This document shows, piece after piece, positions 60,027-64,000 of a stretch of DNA of 64,000 nucleotides. Each line of letters starts with the position of its first letter. Position 1 is the stretch's first letter. The position numbers and the translations under genes are program-made. Source of the DNA: an uncultured delta proteobacterium (GTDB taxonomy: Bacteria; Myxococcota; Myxococcia; Myxococcales; Anaeromyxobacteraceae); contig CAWFDF010000008.1 of NCBI GenBank assembly GCA_963814585.1, forward strand, positions 480,001-544,000, given 5' to 3'. A model generated the notes under the pieces. It was not told where the DNA came from, ran no database searches, and worked only from the letters and a program-made list of their open reading frames with translations.

Positions 60027-60040
60027 TTGACCGCGGTCAA
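60027..60040. promoter_or_regulatory. Perfect palindrome resembling an Fnr/Crp-family box
   Basis: TTGAC-CGCG-GTCAA versus the FNR consensus TTGAT-N4-ATCAA, ~95 nt upstream of the giant cytochrome gene. Confidence 0.6.
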
Positions 60041-60135
60041 TCCCACCGGGCCAGGGAACCGGCATCCTTGGACGTCCGCCAGCCCGCCCCGTGGCTCCAT
60101 GATCGGGACGGGCCGCTCTCGCCGAGGTCATCCGC

Positions 60136-63100
60136 ATGCGCTCCCGTCGACTCCTGGCCTCCGCCGCGCTCGCCTCCCTCGCCTCACTCGCCATCCTCTC
60201 CGGCTGCGACAAGGCGCGGCCGCTGCCGGCCCCGGCCGACCCGAGTCGCGGCTGCACGAGCTGCCACGGCGGCCAGGACAACTCGACGGGCGCGCCGCCC
60301 TGGAGCCTTCCCCGGAACGCGGCCGGCGACATCGTGTCCGGCGGCAACCAGGTCGATGGCGCCGCCGCCACCACGCACGTCGAGGTGGGCGCCCACTCCC
60401 GCCACGTCTCGCGCGGCGTCTCCTGCGGCGCCTGCCACGTGGTCCCGACCCAGATCTCCTCGCCCGGCCACAACACCGGCAAGCGGGCCACGGTCACGTT
60501 CAAGGAGCTGGCCGCGGCCGGCAACGTGATCCCGTCGGCCTGGAACGCCGATCCCGGCGCCGCCAGCCACACCTGCAGCAACTACTGCCACGGCTCGCCG
60601 CCCTTCTCGGCCGGGGGCAGCAACCACGCACCCGACTGGCTGCGCCCGGCCGACGGGGCCTGCGGCACCTGCCACGGCCAGGGGACCTCGGGCAACCCGC
60701 TGCCACCTGCCGGCGCCGGCCACCCGCAGGTGGACGGCGCGGGCCAGCCCATTCCCATCACCGGCTGCATCGCCTGCCACCCCGGCACCGTCAACGCCGA
60801 CGGGACCATCAACGTGGCCGGCGGCAAGCACGTCAACGGCGTGCTCGACGGCGGCAGCGGCCACCCGGCCGGCTGGGCCGACCCTGCCAGCCACGGCCCG
60901 GCCGCCACCGCGGGCCTGCAGAACTGCGCCGCCTGCCACGGCGCCGACTTCAGCGGCGGCACCTCCGGCGTCAGCTGCAACGCCTGCCACGCCACCGCCG
61001 GCCACCCCAGCTGGCAGACCGAGTGCACCTTCTGCCATGGCGATCCCGCCCGGACCGCCGACGCCGCCTTCCCCGAGGTCGGCACCGGCGCCGTGGTCCG
61101 CGCCAACCTGGCCTCCCCGCCGGTCGGCAGCCAGGGCGAGAACGCCATCTCTGCCTACGCCGTCGGCGCCCACCAGGCCCACGTCAGCCCCACCCGCTAC
61201 GCCGACGCCATGCCGTGCGCCGAGTGCCACGGCCCGGCGCTGCCGGCCGACACCGCGCACGTCGGCGGGCAGGTCCTGCTGGGCTGGGGCCCCGTCGCCG
61301 CGGCCCATGGCACGCCGCTGGCCCCCCCGGCCGGCGAGACCAACCGCTGGAACGACGCCACGCTCCCGGCCAACGGCGCCAACTGCACCAACTACTGCCA
61401 CGGCGCCACCCTGGGCGGTGGCACCAGGCCCAGCCCGAAGTGGAACGAGGGACCCTCCGGCGCCTCGTGCGGCAGCTGCCACGCGCTCCCGCCGGCGGCC
61501 AGCGCCGGGCACGTCCAGCGCGGCGACTGCGCCACCTGCCACCCCGGCTACCCGTCCAGCCCGGTGGCGGCCTCCACCATCACCGGCGCGGCGCTCGCCA
61601 CCCATGTCGACGGCACGGCGCAGGTCGTCCCCCTCTCCTGCACCACCTGCCATGGCGGCGCCAACCCGGCTCCCCCGGTCGACACGACCGGCGCCAGCAC
61701 CGGCGTCAAGGTGGGCGCCCACCAGCGGCACCTCGCCACCACGCTCAGCGCCGCCGCGATCACCTGCGACGAGTGCCACCCGACCGTCAGCTCGACGGGT
61801 CACGCCGACGGCGCGGTCAACGTCTCGTGGAACCTCGGCGCCACCGTCTGGGCGGGCGCCACCTTCCCGGCGGTGACGCCGGCGGCTGGTCCGTTGCCGG
61901 CCGGGTGGGAGGCCACGCCCACCTGCACCAACTACTGCCACGGCGGCTTCACCAACGGGAGGGCGGCCACCGTGGACTGGACCTCGACCATCGCCATGAC
62001 GTGCAACTCCTGCCATGGCGCCGGCACCGGCGCGGCGGCGACCCTTCCTGGCGGGACGCATCCCCAGGGCAACTCCACCTGCTCGGCCTGCCACACCGGC
62101 TACACCGCCACGACGGTCAACGGCGCCGCGCACCTCAACGGGCAGTACGACGTGAGCGCCTCCTCGTGCACCGCCTGCCACGGCGCCAAGGGGGCCTACA
62201 CACCCATCCCCGGCGCCGACGGGCTGGCCCCCGTGGCCCCGCCCACGGCGGCCGATGGCACCAACACGCTCATCCGGGTGGGCGCGCACCAGGCCCACGT
62301 GAACCAGGCCACCTACCGGGCCAGCCCGCTCGCCTGCAGCGCCTGCCACCCCATCCCCAACACGCACGGCGGCACGCGCGACGCGGCCTGGAGCGCGCTG
62401 GCCACCAACACCATCGTCAACGGCACGCCGGTGACCATGGCCCCGACCCCGGCCGCCGCGACCGGCTACACCACCACCTGGGAGGCGACGCCGACCTGCA
62501 CCAACGCCTGCCACGGCGGGAACATCCCGTCCAACGCGTCCCGGCCGGCGCCGAGCTGGACGGCCGCGGGCGGCCTGGCCTGCACCTCCTGCCACGGGGC
62601 GCCGCCGCCGCTCTCGGCCACCGCCAACCAGAGCCATCCCCAGAACACCGCCTGCGACGACTGCCATGGCGCCGGCTACGGCGCGGCCGCGGTGAACAGG
62701 CCGACCCACATCGACGGGACGCTCGACCGGATCACGAGCGGCTGCACCGCCTGCCACGGCGACCGGGCCGACCCGGCGGTGACGCTCACCACCAGCACCT
62801 TCAAGGCCGCCCCGGGCGCCACCAGCGCCCCCACCAGCACCGACACCACCGGCGCCGGCGCCACCACCGACCCCGGCGTCGGCGCCCACCGGGCCCACCT
62901 GGTCGGCTCGGGAGGGACGCCGCGCTGGCGCTCCGCCGCCATCGCCTGCACCGAGTGTCACGCGCTGCCGGCCATCGACTCCGACACCACCCACGCCACC
63001 GGCGTGGGCACGGGCGGCGCGCTCGCGAGCCTGAGCTGGGGCCCGCTGGCGACCGACTCCGAGTTCGAGACCAAGACGCCCGGCTACGCGCAGCCGACCT

Positions 63101-64000
63101 GCTCCAGCGTCTACTGCCACGATCCGAAGGGCACCGACACGGCGGCGACGGCCACGACGCCGGCGTGGACCGGCGCCACGGCGGTGGCAGCCTGCGGCAG
63201 CTGCCACGGCCTTCCGCCGGCCGGAACCGGTCACCCGGCCGACGCCAGCTGCAGCGGCTGCCACCCGGGCTACGCCGATGCACCGGGCGCCGCGAGCACC
63301 ATCGCGGCGGTGAACGCGCTGAGCCACATCAACGGCCAGCTCGACGGAGGCGGCGACTGCACCGGCTGCCACGCCACGACGCAGTCCATGGCGGCGGGCG
63401 GGACGCGCCGCGCCATCGTTCCGGAGTTCGCCCTGGCCTGGTCGCACAAGCGCTCGGGCGGCGGCACCGTCACCAAGTTCGACTGCGCCGTCTGCCACAT
63501 GGAGGGCGACACGGCCTCCGGTGACACCACGGCCGTCCACAGGGACGGCGTCATCAACCTGAGGGACCCGGACACCGGCGCCAACATCAAGGGCGTGACC
63601 TTCTCCGGGACCGGCGCGGGGGCCTACGCGAGCACGGCGACCGACATGACCTTCGTCGAGTTCAGCCGGAACCTCTCCAGCGCCACGCTGGAGCCGGCGG
63701 TCCAGGCCATCATGGTCAACCAGTGCCTCAAGTGCCACGACGGCAACGGCGCGCTGAGCGCCTCGGCGCGGGTGCCGTCGACGGGGACGGCGGAGAAGCC
63801 GTTCGGGACCACCATCTCCGGCGCGGCCTACGCCGGGGCTGGCGTGACCGCCAACGGCGTGCCGGGCGGCGTCACCGACGTCAGCGCCTCCTTCGCGCCG
63901 GCCAACTCCTCCTACCACCCGGTGACCGCGAGGCAGAACAACTGGTACGCCAAGCTCACGCGCATGGCCGCGCCGTGGAACGCGGCGGCGAGGGGTGCCA
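60136..64000 (+). CDS. Giant modular multiheme cytochrome c lipoprotein, partial (not in the ORF track; runs off the right edge)
   Basis: Manual translation from ATG 60136: MRSRRLLASAALASLASLAILSGC lipobox; open for 1288 codons; by hand ~25 CxxCH, 4 CxxxCH, 1 CxxxxCH; five VGAHxxH modules. Confidence 0.92.
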   Translation, partial: MRSRRLLASAALASLASLAILSGCDKARPLPAPADPSRGCTSCHGGQDNSTGAPPWSLPRNAAGDIVSGGNQVDGAAATTHVEVGAHSRHVSRGVSCGACHVVPTQISSPGHNTGKRATVTFKELAAAGNVIPSAWNADPGAASHTCSNYCHGSPPFSAGGSNHAPDWLRPADGACGTCHGQGTSGNPLPPAGAGHPQVDGAGQPIPITGCIACHPGTVNADGTINVAGGKHVNGVLDGGSGHPAGWADPASHGPAATAGLQNCAACHGADFSGGTSGVSCNACHATAGHPSWQTECTFCHGDPARTADAAFPEVGTGAVVRANLASPPVGSQGENAISAYAVGAHQAHVSPTRYADAMPCAECHGPALPADTAHVGGQVLLGWGPVAAAHGTPLAPPAGETNRWNDATLPANGANCTNYCHGATLGGGTRPSPKWNEGPSGASCGSCHALPPAASAGHVQRGDCATCHPGYPSSPVAASTITGAALATHVDGTAQVVPLSCTTCHGGANPAPPVDTTGASTGVKVGAHQRHLATTLSAAAITCDECHPTVSSTGHADGAVNVSWNLGATVWAGATFPAVTPAAGPLPAGWEATPTCTNYCHGGFTNGRAATVDWTSTIAMTCNSCHGAGTGAAATLPGGTHPQGNSTCSACHTGYTATTVNGAAHLNGQYDVSASSCTACHGAKGAYTPIPGADGLAPVAPPTAADGTNTLIRVGAHQAHVNQATYRASPLACSACHPIPNTHGGTRDAAWSALATNTIVNGTPVTMAPTPAAATGYTTTWEATPTCTNACHGGNIPSNASRPAPSWTAAGGLACTSCHGAPPPLSATANQSHPQNTACDDCHGAGYGAAAVNRPTHIDGTLDRITSGCTACHGDRADPAVTLTTSTFKAAPGATSAPTSTDTTGAGATTDPGVGAHRAHLVGSGGTPRWRSAAIACTECHALPAIDSDTTHATGVGTGGALASLSWGPLATDSEFETKTPGYAQPTCSSVYCHDPKGTDTAATATTPAWTGATAVAACGSCHGLPPAGTGHPADASCSGCHPGYADAPGAASTIAAVNALSHINGQLDGGGDCTGCHATTQSMAAGGTRRAIVPEFALAWSHKRSGGGTVTKFDCAVCHMEGDTASGDTTAVHRDGVINLRDPDTGANIKGVTFSGTGAGAYASTATDMTFVEFSRNLSSATLEPAVQAIMVNQCLKCHDGNGALSASARVPSTGTAEKPFGTTISGAAYAGAGVTANGVPGGVTDVSASFAPANSSYHPVTARQNNWYAKLTRMAAPWNAAARGA

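Noticed and set aside
59930..60135. Cyclic dinucleotide (GEMM) riboswitch or sigma54 promoter ahead of the cytochrome
   Set aside because: GEMM consensus absent; the TGGCA element lacks a correctly spaced GC at -12

Overview
Very GC-rich chromosomal window whose gene content and order point to an Anaeromyxobacter-like member of Myxococcota (inference). 1-28.6 kb is mostly core genome: mazG, rpsT, lptE-leuS, asnS, then a ~22 kb co-directional minus-strand run (yceD-rpmF-plsX-fabH-fabD-fabG-acpP-fabF-rpiB-glyA-nrdR-ribD-ribE-ribBA-ribH-nusB). That run continues into a receptor-less chemosensory cluster (cheA, ExeA-like ATPase, 2x cheW, HEAT protein, cheR, cheB, cheY). After tRNA-Arg(CCG) at 30.5 kb the window is accessory and rich in redox genes. 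Best candidate for an undescribed system (33.0-39.0 kb): six overlapping genes encoding a DOMON-like/cytochrome c lipoprotein, an outer-membrane beta-barrel with its own CxxCH motif, a small cytochrome c, and a PP2C phosphatase / Ser kinase / STAS partner switch, i.e. a possible trans-envelope redox-sensing relay. Also notable: an NfnA-NfnB-zinc ribbon-rubrerythrin fusion, a cytochrome b-Rieske-octaheme/TPR operon next to a sulfatase/LysR locus, and tandem modular multiheme lipoproteins (11 motifs, and ~30 in a gene running off the window). Caveat: many genes, including housekeeping asnS, carry apparent single-base insertions and 49.7-51.0 kb is scrambled; these look like sequencing errors rather than pseudogenes. 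All calls are by eye, without database searches.
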